Assembly: GCA_013239625.1 (NCBI GenBank)
Contig: MU053652.1
Coordinates: 7,121,902-7,185,901 of the forward strand
Source: Lama guanicoe
Lineage: Eukaryota
DNA length: 64,000 nt
Direction of reading: 5' to 3'
This document shows positions 39,006 through 51,910 of this stretch, one piece after another. The notes under the pieces were generated by a model that was not told where the DNA came from, did not search any database, and was given only the letters and a program-made list of their open reading frames with translations. Position 1 is the stretch's first letter. Each line of letters starts with the position of its first letter. Position numbers and translations under genes: made by a program.

Positions 39006-39849
39006 ATTGAAATGTTCAGTGCATATGTTACCCATTCACTGTCTCTCTTCCAAAAAAAAAAAAAGCACACAGAAATGAGTTCTGGGTTCTACTAGGTTTA
39101 ACATGTATTTGGACTGAGGTCAATACTCTGTTTGTTACCTTATCTCTATAGTCTCCTGTTCTAACTGAAAATCTCTGTGGCATTCCTGCTCATTTGGGAT
39201 AAAATCAAGTGTCCAGCAGTTTGTAAGTTAAGTAATAATAATTGCTACATGGGTGCTTCTTTCTTTTGAGCCAATTGTACTTAACTTTCTCTCTCTCTTT
39301 GTCCTCCACAACCTTGCGGTAGTGAAATTCTCATGGAAATCAGATGTCTCTCATGGAGACAAAAATCTCTCATTTTGCTGATTTCTGCTGAACTCTTGGG
39401 TCCAGAGCTAACCTATGGTAGTTTTGATATTTTGTTGGTTGATATTTTCATTCCTGTGAACGAGTAAGACCGTAAGTGTCCCTGCATTAGATAAAACGAT
39501 TACTAAATCACTTCTGAAATATGTTGGCACTCCATTCACCATTTATTTCTCATGGCCTAGAGGAGGAGGATGTCATCTGGTTCTTCTTTGTAGATATACT
39601 TAGGTGGTAATTTATACATAGTAAATCTGCTACAATTTTAGATTCATTTTGTTAGTAATGTTAACATGTTTTACTGATGAACTTTCATATGGAATTCAAG
39701 GGAAAATTAAGAATTCAAAGGTTGCCGTTGTGTTTGTGTCTGGAGAAAATATGCAGTGTCGGGGGAAGGATCGTGGGAACCAATTCTTTTGTTTTGTCTG
39801 TGTGAATTTTCTGATGCCTATTAGATGTCTAACCTGATAGGTGCAAGTA

Positions 39850-40560
39850 GATAACCATGTGATCTGGACTTCAGGGATGTTCAGGGTTAAAAACACAAGT
39901 TTGAGTCAACTGAATGTCGATGGTTTGTAGAGTCATAGGACTGAAAGAAATTATCTATGGAGAAAGGGGAAGGAGAAAAGAGAAAAAGGGCTAAAGTCTG
40001 ATCCCTGAGGTACACAAATTTTCAGAAATCAGGGATAAGAGAAGGAACCAAAAAAGTAAGATGAGAAGGAGCAGTCACTGAAAAAGTGTAGTAGTGGGGA
40101 AGTCAAGAGAATAAAGTGACCCAGGAAGATAATAATGATTCATTGTGTCTAATGCTGCTGAGAAATGGAGTAAACTAAAGACAGAAGAATTACCAAGAGA
40201 TCAGCAACATGCAAAAGCTTCTTCACTGGAAAGATCAAAAAATAGCCCATGTGAAGTCTGTTGAAGGAGTGAAAAGTGAGACAGGGCAGACAGCACAAAG
40301 AGTTTTCTTTAGGAAGTCTTGTTGTCAAAAGATACAAAAAAAATATTGGGAAATAAAATAGGATGTAGAGTCAAGAAAAAAGATAGTTTTGTTTTTGCTT
40401 TTGTTTTAAAGTTGCAGATGCTAACACATATTCTTATGCTAATGTAAGCTGACTTCAAGGATGATAAGTGTTGGCCAGATATGGAAGAATGAAGAGACTT
40501 TCTTCCGGGGGAACAATGTGTAAGAAAGCCCAAGGTGACAATAAGTGTAATACTTGTAAA
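39850..40560 (-). mobile_element. L2 LINE internal fragment
   Basis: GTCTAATGCTGCTGAGAAATGGAGTAAACTAAAGACAGAAG...purine-rich L2 antisense signature. Confidence 0.7.
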
Positions 40561-40699
40561 GAAGAGATAGCTGGCTAACTTGCCTAGAGCTTGGTGAGGG
40601 CAGTAGGAGACAGGAGCTAAGTGTTTTTAAGGGCAGTGATATGCTCTTATACGTGATTTTTCATGCCTGATTTCTGAATGGACTCCCAGGGAAATTTAC

Positions 40700-41508
40700 A
40701 AATTTGCACACAACTTACAAAGAAGAATAACACATAAAGTACTCTTTGCAATAAATTCCACATAGCCAATTATTTCTCACAGAACGATTTTGTTCATTTT
40801 TGCTAAACCCTTATGTTCATAGCCTTTAACCTATGGTTGCAATTGAACAATTGTAGCTTCAACATTACTGTTGGTTGTTATTTTTATTTCTGTTAACAAT
40901 AAGGTGAAAGTGAAGCAATGAAGATCTATATCTGAATCTCACTTGGTCAGTGACATGAGGGACTTCTTTGTGGATCACATAATAATTTTTTTTTAATTGG
41001 AAGAATATTTACTTAATTTTTCTGATAGTCACAATGTAATGGCTACATATATGACACTATTTAAATTTAATCTGTATTATTAACATTTTTCTATCATTTT
41101 CTTAAGTTTAGGCAGTCAGCAGAGCAGTAAGTGAAGTTCTCATTAGTCCTGATTTCTAGGATTTGCCAACTTCTGTAGTGTATGTTCTCCTAATTTCAGG
41201 CTACCAACATCACATCACTGAATGCTGAGTTGACAAGAGTGTACAGTAGCAGTCCATTATATGTTATTTTCCATGACACAGATACAATAAGTGTAACTAA
41301 CCTCAAGATTTTAGTAAAATGTAGTCAAATAATTAGGAAGTGATGAGTTTTGAGTATTTACTGCCATTGTTTCAAACATAATGCATTTAAGTTTTTATAA
41401 TAATGTCTGTAAGTTTTAAAATAATGTCTCAATTTAACAACAGCTTACAAAATTCCTCAAAGTTTAGCTCTTACAAGCTGGTACAAAACAGCTCTGAGAC
41501 ACCATTGT
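40700..41508. mobile_element. MER63-type hAT-Blackjack DNA transposon
   Basis: End TTTAACAACAGCTTACAAAATTCCTC...AAGCTGGTACAAAACAGCTCTGAGACACCATTG; internal GGCTACCAACATCACATCACTGAATG. Confidence 0.8.
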
Positions 41509-42199
41509 ACAGAGGCCATATAATACTGTGCTTCACAGGCCATGCTATTAATGTTTGATATAAAGCTAAGTGCAAAGGTAAGCCATTATGTGTTTTAAAC
41601 ATTTAAAAGTGGAGTAGCAGGAAGAATTAGACCCACAGAAGTATAACTAGTTTATTCAATAAATTCTTGTTGGTTGCTTAGTACTGCAACAAAATAGGAA
41701 AGTTTAGAACCATGGTTTGATGGCATTTGGGAAGAGTTACATTGGAATGTGCCACAAATGGTTGGAACTAAATGACTTTTTAAAATCCCTTCCAGCTTAG
41801 TTATTCTGTGATTCTCCATGACTACACCAACTGTTGGGAATATGAAAATATAAGACTCACAGCTGATGCTCCATAAGAGAGATCTTGGATAACTGATGCT
41901 TCAAGCCCAGTAGGTTTCAGAAGAAAGCATGCTGATTTCAACTCTAACAAGTTGTTTTGCTAGTTCCAAAACCTAATAAATCTGGTACAATTAAAAAATC
42001 AGTAATGTGGAAAATAAGATGTTACCCATGGGTTTCCAGAACTAAACTAAAAATGTTTGAATGGTAGATATAATAAAAGGTGAAAATAAAATTTGTTTTT
42101 ATTGCTATAAAGCTAATGAAAAAAAAAAACTTTAGAGAAAGAAATGAAGCCATCATAATATTTGCTGGTACATGCCATTCCTAGCAGAAAAATTTAAAA

Positions 42200-42800
42200 T
42201 AGAGAAAAGGAGAGATAAAATCAGTCTACAGTGAAAAGATAACTTGACCAAACCTGAAATTGTGCTAAATCCTTAGGAAAACCAAAATTAAGCTGCAGAA
42301 TTAAAAGATGTGATTTCTACACCTGTGACACTAGCGAAAAGGTTGTTTTCAGTGTAGCTCTGAAGAGGGATTTGATGGAAGCCAAAGTGTCTTTTGGCTT
42401 GAGAGCCTAAGTGATAAATTGCTCCACCAGCATGGTCTCCCTCTCCAAGCCCGCAGAAGCCTTCCATTACACTGTCAGTGACAGTTGGTTAACAAGTCTA
42501 GATAATCAAACCAAAAACTACTCTTATTATAAGTTTAAGCTTTATTGAAAGCATTGAAAGTAACTTGGAAATGTGTTCTTTGTAGTGAAATAATATTGCA
42601 AATGGTTAACCACAAATATAACTGTGGGCCTACAAGATGGAAATCTTTTTTTTTTATTAGAGAAGGGAAGCATGATGATAAATGGTGAAATCTCAAGAGA
42701 ATTTATTGAAAATTTATTTATCTTTCTTTCAAATTATTATTCTAAAAAGTGATAATTTTCTTGCAATTAAGAGTAAATGATAGTTGGGAATATGGAGTAA
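42200..42800 (+). pseudogene. FSIP2-like giant-exon remnant, block 1
   Basis: ESLSD / STSMVSLSKPAEAF (42400-42464) versus FSIP2 EIMSDLTQAIPSLSSVTAEVF; FIESIESNLE versus EIVENMLEKLE. Confidence 0.45.
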
Positions 42801-43919
42801 AATTAACTTACCTGTTTTTTCATAATTTAGCAATATATTTAAGAACCTCATTTATTGCATCTGTTTCACATTCTTTATTAATCCATGTATAAAAAGAGCT
42901 TACATAATTAAGTTATTCTTATTAAAATATTATTATTGATAAAAAAAGCTATTAATAAATATTCATTACTATCCATTGACAAGCATAGATATCTAACATA
43001 ACATATTAACACAAAGCAAGAAAGACCTAACTAGAAGCATCAAAACTAAAAATAGAATGAACTGATTTGCATTAAATGATTTAATATTGAAAACAGTATT
43101 CCCAGAACTGCTTCTCTGCCTAATCCTGTATCATTAATTTAAAAAGAAGTATCAAATATTTTGATGTAATTCATTACCAAAAAATTTTTGTTATGAAGTA
43201 TTGAATACGTTATGTATCACATATGTCACCCATGTATAAAGTCATATGTAATATGACTAGTTTTCACTCTAGGCACTTCTTAACTATCCTTTAAACTCTC
43301 CTCCATAGTATCTCTTTATCTGTTAGTAGAATTAATTCTCATCAATTTTCTTTAGAAGTCAGTTCTGTTTTTCAAGTGTCTGATTCAGAGAGAGAATGAA
43401 TCCACGCACAGGTTCCTAATGAGCACATGGCTATGAATTATCCATATGGCTTAGAGATAATAGGCAGAGAGGAAAGGAATGATAGGGAGAATGGTAGCAA
43501 GTAGCTGCATCCACAATTTGATTTGAAAGTAGATCCTTGTCATGAGTGCATGAGTTGGCAGAGTCATTGTCTAGTTTGTGACTCCCTTGTTAGAATATTA
43601 AAGATCTTTGAGGTGTAAGGGAATATTAACAGTATTAAGTTAAAGTTTACAAAACAAGATTATATGAAATATAAGGATATGTACTGTTGACATGATCAAA
43701 TATATTTTAAAAATGAGAAATTATTAAAATCTGAGTTATATTCTTCCAAATGAGTAAGTTGTGCATACAAATGGTAAACCAAGGATTTTGTTGTACTAAA
43801 TAAATAAGACACCCAATGTAATGTGAGCACATAGTAAATGTTCAAAAATGGGGATTCTGATGAAAGAGAGGATAATTAAGTCACCTCAAATGTCTTTTCA
43901 CACATGAAGACTCTTTTAC

Positions 43920-44420
43920 AAGTAAGTTTCATATTCTGACCCAGCAATTTCCACTTTGGGATGATTTTCCTAAAGAAATAATTAGATGTATATACCAAGA
44001 TTTATGTGTAATGATCTTCATAGAAGTTAATTAGAACAAAGATATTTTTAGCAACCTAGGTATTTTAAAAAGGGAAATTGTGATTTATCTATAAAACGAA
44101 ACACCATGCAACTATTTTAGAAAATATTAAAGAATAATATTAGAAAATGGTACTTTTTTAATAATATATTGTTAAATGGTAAAATTTGCACATCTGGGAT
44201 TATTTACCTATGTTTTAAATATATATACATAAATATATACCTCATTTGTATTCTAAAATTTATATACAAATTATACACACACACATATAATGAAAATTAC
44301 ATACCTAAAGTTAACAACTGTATATGGGAGGTGATTATTTGTGTCTTTTCTTCTATTTTCATTTCTTCGTATTTCCAATTTTCCATGGGACTGTGCTTTA
44401 TCTTTATAATGTTGAATGAT
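43920..44420 (+). mobile_element. L1ME-type 3' fragment
   Basis: TGACCCAGCAATTTCCACTTTGGG...CCTAAAGAAATAATTAGA. Confidence 0.75.
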
Positions 44421-45189
44421 CTCCTAAAGGACTGTTTTATAGACACTGATAGGACTGAAAAACGTATTTGTGAGTACATGATTTGAAAACTAAGGTTCTA
44501 AAGGATCCTAACAATCATAAATCAGAGTTATAGCCAATGCTGGAATGAATGCTAGAATGAATGACTCTGAGAATCCATAGAGTCAACTTGAAGTATTTGT
44601 GTAAGCCAGAAACTAAAAATAACCAGGGGTCTTCAAGTAGCTTAGGACACTAGCACACTAAATCAAGCAAGCACTTCTTTGACAAGTTTGTTATGAGACG
44701 ATCCCAATGATTGCCAATGCCTTAAAATCCATAATTAGAGACTGTAGCCCTCCCTTCACGTCCTGAGCCACTGAGGGGAAAAGCTAAGAGGCTGGCTAGT
44801 GGGTATGAGAATCCAAGCAGCAGATGGCTCTGGTGGTCTTCAGCAGGTGCTCATTTACATATTTTGGCCATAACCTCCCTCGCCTTTCCCCTAGCATGGC
44901 ATCATGCTCTCGCTTCAACGACATTCAGACCAAAAGCTGTGTGATCTAGCGAAAAATGAACTGAATATAGCGTCTTAGGTTTGATTTATGATCCTGGCCC
45001 TTATGCTAAGTACATAGACAGTCTTAAACATGTCCCTTAAACCTTGGGAATGCCTTTTATCTCAGCCAGATTTCCTGGTTATATTCACACAGAGATTGAA
45101 GTGAACTAATGGAAAGTTGTGCTTGCGAAGACTTGGATTTCACCATAAATCAATTGATATTTAACAGCACAAATTTTAGGAAGGAACGG

Positions 45190-45330
45190 AACGGTGCAGT
45201 GAGCAAAGCACAGAAATTGGAGGTCAGGAGATTCTTCTGGTCCTCTCTCTGTCAATAGTCATAGTATGACCTTCAATATATATAATTTCATCCATTATCA
45301 ATTTATCAATATGCAAAATGTGGATAGAAG
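45190..45330 (+). mobile_element. MIR SINE
   Basis: GGTGCAGTGAGCAAAGCACAGAAATTGGAGGTCAGGAGA...ATGACCTT. Confidence 0.55.
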
Positions 45331-46249
45331 AAATGGGAAAAATAAGATAGGAGTAAGCTATACTGTCTTTAAGATCTTATTAAAGTATAAAATGCTTTGA
45401 TCATGTTCTGTGAACTGAGTAATCTGGAAGCTTTTCCTGAGAAAAGTAAATTTATTCTGAAATTTTAAATGACTATGATATGTTAATGGGAATGTATAAT
45501 ATAACATTGTTGAAGTTAAGTGTATGTATGAAAGAACATCACTGAAAGAAAATGATATATAATACTGAGCAAATACTTTGCCAACACATTTTATCTGTGA
45601 ATAGAAAATAATTGATATATCCCTCAGTTGTATGTTATTTTTCTCTTTTAATACTAGTTAAATATAAAGGTTCCTTCTTACACATAATATTTTGCTATAT
45701 TATTATTATTGCATTGTATATATTAATATCATAATATTGTATTAGTATCATACATAGTCCATATTAATACCATAAACATTTGTCATTATGATTCTTTCAG
45801 ATAGTAGAAGTGTTGCCTAATTCAATTCAGTCTTCAGAGTATCACTAAAACTTTTGAAATAGTAGATTAAATAAATCTTAAAAGTTTAAAGAAACTATTC
45901 AGACTAGTTTAAAACATGTTTTGTAGAAAGTGACTAGGTTTTTTTTTTTATTCACTGCTATTTATTTAATACCTTCCAAGTGCGGTCATTTCATAACCTG
46001 TGTATTATAAAATCAAATTAATCATGAAAAAATGCTCCTTAGCAAAGTAATAAAATCATCTAGACATTTGATAAAGTAGCAAAATCTGTTAATGTCCCAC
46101 TCAGTAAAGTTTAAAAAATTAAATACCAAGTTTTATTCAAAGTTTATTCATTTATTGAACAAGGTTTAATTGAGTGATGCATATGTAGCACTTTAGTAGC
46201 ATTAAAGTCTCTAAATAACAGTAGGTAAATATTTGAGAGGAAAATCATT

Positions 46250-48800
46250 ATAATCTCAATATCTTCATATTGTTTTTTAAGTCTTTATGATATGCTGATC
46301 TTTGTATTTATAACGGGCATCTTCTTATCCCTTGAGAATTTTCAGTTATTTGGAACTTTAAGAAAAACTTAAGAGAAATTTCATATATAAAGACCAGCCT
46401 AAATTAATAGTGTTAGAAATCACAAAGAATCCCACCAACTTAGTTTATTTTTATTCTAGGATGGAGAAAAATAAACAGGTTTCAAATACAATGCAGGTGA
46501 ATTATTTTGACAATGAATGTGTCATCTCCTAAAAGGATAATATCTTTCATGTTGAACTCTCAGAGATTTTAGAGAGACGATGACAATGAATCATGCTCAA
46601 AGGTGACAAACCTTTTGCTATAGATTTTTCATTTGCAGATCGAAATGCATTTCAGTCTCAGAGAGAAAAGTGATGAGATTCTGAAATCTGAACAAGTTAT
46701 CAAGTTTTCAAGCAAGTATAATACAACAAAACTAACTACAGGGAAAGAAATCCTCAAAAATCTTGTGAACAGTTCATTTCTTTTGCAATAGTTCCTTCAA
46801 ATCCAAAGAAAATCAAGAGCATCCCTGTTACTGAACCATAAATATTTTTTGAAGAACTCAGTATCTAAACTTTTCTGAAACCCACTCTCCAGATAGCAAT
46901 TGAATTGATTTTTAAGTTCTCTAAAGTTGACATTGATAAAGATAGGCCAAATCTGTCAGAAGTGGAAGCATTTCTAGGTAGTGATGTGAAAGTCAATAGT
47001 ATTACTTCAGATAAATAGACTCAACATGTTTATGCATAAGTGTGTGAAAGCAATCATTTGATTTTTACAGAAAAGTAAAATGTTTGTCATCAGCTCTTTT
47101 AAAAGACTAGGATGGACTTAATGCATAAATAATTTCATCAAAGTTTACAAATCAGTTTCCAGTGGTTACCCACTATTCAGTTAAGAGAACTAAGTGGCCA
47201 CTTCTGTCCACCTTTTACTCTTGCTGGCATTTCATGTTTTCTCATTTATTTTTTATCTTCCTGGTTTTTTAATTAATCCTGGTGGATAGCCAGTTTAATA
47301 CTTATTTCCTTCTCTAAAGGGAAAAACGTGCAACAGAACTATTTAAAATAATAATAGTAATAATAAAAATTTGCATGGCATCATATAATTAAACAATTTT
47401 TTAATGATGATTTTAATTTTCAGGTATCCATTTAAAATTCTTATTGATGTATTACAAACCATTTTGTTTCTTAAAGATAGGTTGCCATGCATGGAGAACT
47501 TAAATGAAGTTGTTTCTATTATAGTAAGGATTAAGTTGCTCATATTTATTACTGAATCTTCCACCTTTCCTGCATAGTCAAAGAGTAAAACTCAACTGCT
47601 AAACAAGTCTATCAACAGGAAAATTAAGGTTAAAAAAATAAATGTATATGTCCCAAAATTGGGTAGCAGTGTTCGATGAAAGTAAACATTTTTGTAATCA
47701 TTCTCAACAATAAAAGATACAAAGAACCAAAGAGAGAGACACAGAGAGAGAGAAATAGCAGAGGAATCCATTTTTTTCCCTTTATAAATAGCTTAGATTT
47801 CATTTTTGTCCCAAAGAAACAGAAGAGTGATATGGAACATTTCACTTTGACCAATCTAACATCTTAAAAAGAAAGGCAAAATATGACAGATGTTTTAACA
47901 AGAGTGAACAAGAACTCTATTTAATTTGGAGCTTCACAGTGAATCATGATGAAAGAAAAACTGGAAGAGAGAACAGATATTTATCTCAATAAATATCTTC
48001 TTATGAGCTTTTAGAATTAATGCTTTCCTCTGTAGATAATATCTTGATGTCAGCATCATCTTCTTAATGACAGATAGCAAATACCACAAGGGAAGTCTAG
48101 GAACTGGACGAGAGAAAATAGAATGAAGAAAAATCTTCTAAAGTTATACAACAAATCTATGAGGGAAAAGCAAGAATTAGATGCCCAAACTTTAAACTTT
48201 CTCTTTGTTGCTTGATTAATTAGGCCATGTTACCTCTCAGGATCTGCTGAGCTGAGCAATTCTTATTCACATCACTAGAAACAAATGGGGAAGCACTGAT
48301 TCTGTTTCAAGCCTGAATGGGTGTGAACCGACAGGTAGTCTGATGAAGGTAGTCATATGATTTCTTTATAAGAAAATGTTTGACAAGTTGTCAGAGCTCT
48401 TGGAGAAAGAAATAGTGGCTAGAGTTGCTCTAAGGAATACTTGTCAATTCAGTTATCTTATTCCTACATCATATTTTGATGTTAGATGAATAATTTCTGT
48501 GGATCTCATACTAAAAATCAGGTTAATGTAATGTGAGTCAGATTGATTTTGAAGTATTTAGTTAACATCAGAGCAGTGGTGACATTCATGCCAAAATTTT
48601 ACCACAGGGTAAGCTCATTTTTGCCAAGATTTAAAACAAACATTGATAATATACACATATGTCTGTGGCTTAATCAAGTAATTGAGTACAACCACTATAG
48701 TTGAGAGGCTCGTAGATCTGTCAGAAGAATCTGAAGGGAAAAGCTGTCAGAATAGGGAAAGAAGAGTAATTCTCTGAAAGCAGACTAAAATCTGCAATCT
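46250..48800 (+). pseudogene. FSIP2-like giant-exon remnant, block 2
   Basis: Collinear anchors: EISYIKTSLN 46375 (ILGYIQTELN); KPF...DEI ~46610-46680 (RPF...EEI); WI...ISFS..VQQ ~47285 (WIDQMFSVS..VAQ); YPFK ~47425 (YPLK); KCICPK ~47640 (KSFICPK); KVNIFVIILNN..YKE 47679 (KIVNIVLCAIQN...HKE); IHAK 48584 (MHAK); ESEG 48727 (ESEG). Confidence 0.75.
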
Positions 48801-48939
48801 GTCATCTGAGTAATGAGATCAAGAAACAGATGTATAGTAGACATATTGAGTGGAACATGGTTTTTTGAAAACTCAACTCTATGACCCACTAAGATATTTT
48901 TATGACTTGGCATTTCTTAAGGAATATCATCAAACTACT

Positions 48940-49400
48940 TAAACTTTGGTATTCCGGACCCTCTGTGATCTCAATCTCACGTACCTTTCCAGTCTTATTC
49001 CCTGTTCCCAACATTCCAGCCTCACGAGTCCACTTTTTTGATGTCTACATTTACTGCCTACCAGCCTTCACTGCTAGTCTCTTTGCCTGAGCTGCTCTCT
49101 CTCTACCTCTGACTGCTGAAATCTTACCTAATTTTAATGCTTGGTTCAAATACTCAAATCTCTGATCTTTCAAGAAAACATCCCAATTTCCTAGTGAGAA
49201 TTATATTCTTTTTTGCACATACAGATCTTGAGTTCACTCTATAATTGACTCATTACATTTTCCCGTAAATTATAGCTAATTTTATGTATATCTATCTCTT
49301 CCCTGTGTATAGTCCTAAGAGTACAGGAACTGTATTTGCCACTTTGTATCCCATTTCTATATGAAAGGTTTGTGGAATTTAACTAAATGAACTAATAAAC
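48940..49400 (+). mobile_element. L2 LINE 3' fragment
   Basis: CTCTTTGCCTGAGCTGCTCTCTC...AAATCTTACCTAATTTTAATGCTTGGTTCAAAT...AGTCCTAAGAGTACAGGAACTGT. Confidence 0.65.
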
Positions 49401-49792
49401 AAATTAGGAAATCAATGTTACATTTAAACATCCTTTACAAAAAATAAACAAAAACCTCAGAAGATCTTTGCAGACTTGATTTTCCATTTATGTAAATGGG
49501 GAAAAGTATCCTCTGGGATCTTCTGCCACATGTCTACTTTGCCATTTGAGCACCCAAGTATTATTCTAGGGCAATAACATAGCTCTGAAAAAGTCTTCTT
49601 AGACTTAACCTGCACATTTATCTCCTGGTGCTTAACTATAGCATCATGCATCCATTCCCAACAGCACCACACATTTTCTTCTTATTTGAGATTTTTTACA
49701 ACAGTCTCTGGATGAAACGTCACTCTTACTGTACTCTATTGCTGAACATTAAGGTTGGAGGCATGAGATGTTGACGATAACTATTACATACT

Positions 49793-49827
49793 TTTATATA
49801 TTTTTATATATATATATATATATATAT
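49793..49827. repeat. (TA)n microsatellite
   Basis: Seen directly in the sequence. Confidence 0.9.
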
Positions 49828-50672
49828 GAAGTTTCAGATTTTAAACTAAAATAAGAAACATTTCTTTGCTGTGCAATAACTGCAGGGTATTCCACAATAA
49901 CATTCTGAGTTTTCCTGCGTGGTGAAAAGGAAAAGGATATTTGTGTTTACTGATTTAAAAGAAAAGTATTATGTTGGAGTTATAGTCCAACATGAGCGCT
50001 GATCTCACCAGAGGCTCTCAGCAGTTAACATCTACCAACTAAGCCTTGTAATGTTAATATTTTATGAAGACACAGGCTTAAATGATCAATATAAGAACTA
50101 CTTCTGCCAGAAAATTGTGTCTTCCCACTCTGGCAATCCCACAGAAGTCAGCTATTTGTTTTTAGATTCTGATACCTGTAGGCATCCAGGCAACGGTTAC
50201 TCAGGACTGAGACTCATCTTTGTGAGACAGGAATAAAGGAAGTTGGAGCATAATGAGCAAACAGCCTCAGCTTCAGAATTATTCCTTTCCTTTCTCCATT
50301 ACTCTGGCTCTGTATCTCTGTTCTTGAGTTACATTGCCCTTGCACCTTCAACTGATAAAGATTTCTGATTCATCAGTGTTGTAACCAACCCATCTCCTAC
50401 TGCTGCTTCAATTTCTCCAGATCCTCTTGTTGCTGATTACCTGCATGAACATTAGAACTCTTGTTCTGCTTTGCCTCTTTTATGTGCTTACCTGACATTG
50501 GATTCTTGTCTTATCTGGACACACTGTTTGTCTGTCTTTGGCTTCCTTCATTACAGTTTTTTAAGTGGCTTCTCTGCCCACTGCATGAAAAGGCATAATA
50601 AGATTTCACCTTCTCAATTTTTCCCAAATACCAGTTGCCACTCAGCTTAGTAAAAGTATTGAGTTAAAGTTT

Positions 50673-50690
50673 TGTGTGTGTGTGTGTGTG
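50673..50690. repeat. (TG)n microsatellite
   Basis: Seen directly in the sequence. Confidence 0.9.
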
Positions 50691-50714
50691 AGAAATGGAT
50701 GAGGGAGAAGAATG

Positions 50715-51138
50715 ATATATTAGTCTTACAGGACAAATGACCACAAACTGAGGGACCTCATAAAACAAATTTATTCTCTTCCTTTTCTGGAGGCTAAAAG
50801 TTCAAAACCAAGGCGTCGACAGAGTTGACTCCTACTGGGGACTCTGTTCCAGGCTTCTCTCCTAGCTTCTGGTGGTTGCTGGAGCCCCTTACTTTCCCCT
50901 GGCTTGTAGATGCATCACTGCAATCTCTGCTTCCATCATCACATAGTGCTTTCCCTACATGTAATTGTCTCCATGTTTCATCTTTATATCGGATTAGGAG
51001 GCCACCCTACTCTAGTATGACCACATCTTAATTAATTACATCTGCAACAACCCTCTATCCAAAAAATGTCACATTCTGAGGTAGTGGGGATTAAGACTTC
51101 AACATATATTTTTGGAGAACAAGATTAAATCTATAACA
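50715..51138 (-). mobile_element. MLT1B/C-type (MaLR) LTR
   Basis: GACCACAAACTG...AAATTTATTCTC...TTCTGGAGGCTAAAAGTTC...CCTAGCTTCTGGTGGTTGCTGG...GTCACATTCTGAGGTA...CTATAACA. Confidence 0.9.
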
Positions 51139-51379
51139 AATGACCCTAGGCTGACTGGTCAAATTTGTTAGCAGAAATATATGACTTTTCAAAGCTATTG
51201 GAATTTATGGGTTCAGATAAATACACGCTTGCTCCTGTAGATATGGTTTATCTGCCTTTGTTTTTCCATCAAAGAAAACTTCTCAAAGCCTTAATGTCTT
51301 GTGAATATAAATGGGATTTAGTAGTTTATTTTGTTCGCTATAACTAACAATATTTTCACATTTGTACCATAAACCAGCT

Positions 51380-51910
51380 TACATTTTATTCAATAAATGT
51401 TTACATTTCTGTTCATTATGAGATACTGTTTTAGGAGCAACAGGGATTTATAAAAATATGTACGGATAACTTATCACTTCAGGGAACTTTTAATTTAGAA
51501 GACTACGCAAAAGTTAGGTTACTTACTGTACTAAACTGCTAAAAAAAAAAAGGTGCAAATGAAACATTATAGATTCCACTAGAGACAAAAGTGATGTCAG
51601 TTAAAGGAATAAGGAAAGGCTTCCCAGAAAAATATAATTTAAAATTTTGTTCTTAAAGAGTAAGTAAGGAGAAGACCAAGGAATACTAGATTAGGTGAAA
51701 AATTGTATATCTTGTCCCTCCAAATTCTGAAATTTGTGATTCCATCATCCCACAAATGTGAAAATAGGTTGGTGATAGGCAACATTCCAGGGAGATGAAA
51801 ATCAAATTATGACTAAGGAGGTCAAGGAGAGTACACCTTGGTATGGTTGGATGAAGGCTAAGGGAACAAACTAGAGATGAGATTGAAAAGGTGGCCCAGT
51901 GTATGACCCA
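51380..51910 (-). mobile_element. L2 fragments
   Basis: TTTATTCAATAAATGTTTAC...AAGGAAAGGCTTCCCAGA. Confidence 0.55.

Noticed and set aside
41830..41880. WEYENIR as an FSIP2 anchor (cf. WEYESTN)
   Set aside because: Out of order with the collinear series; the expected position is ~48.55 kb. Treated as coincidence.
48340..48460. Similarity to the FSIP2 C-terminal repeat (IRKCLTSCQ..EIVARV)
   Set aside because: Needs several frame switches and conflicts with the collinear order of the flanking anchors; not used as evidence.
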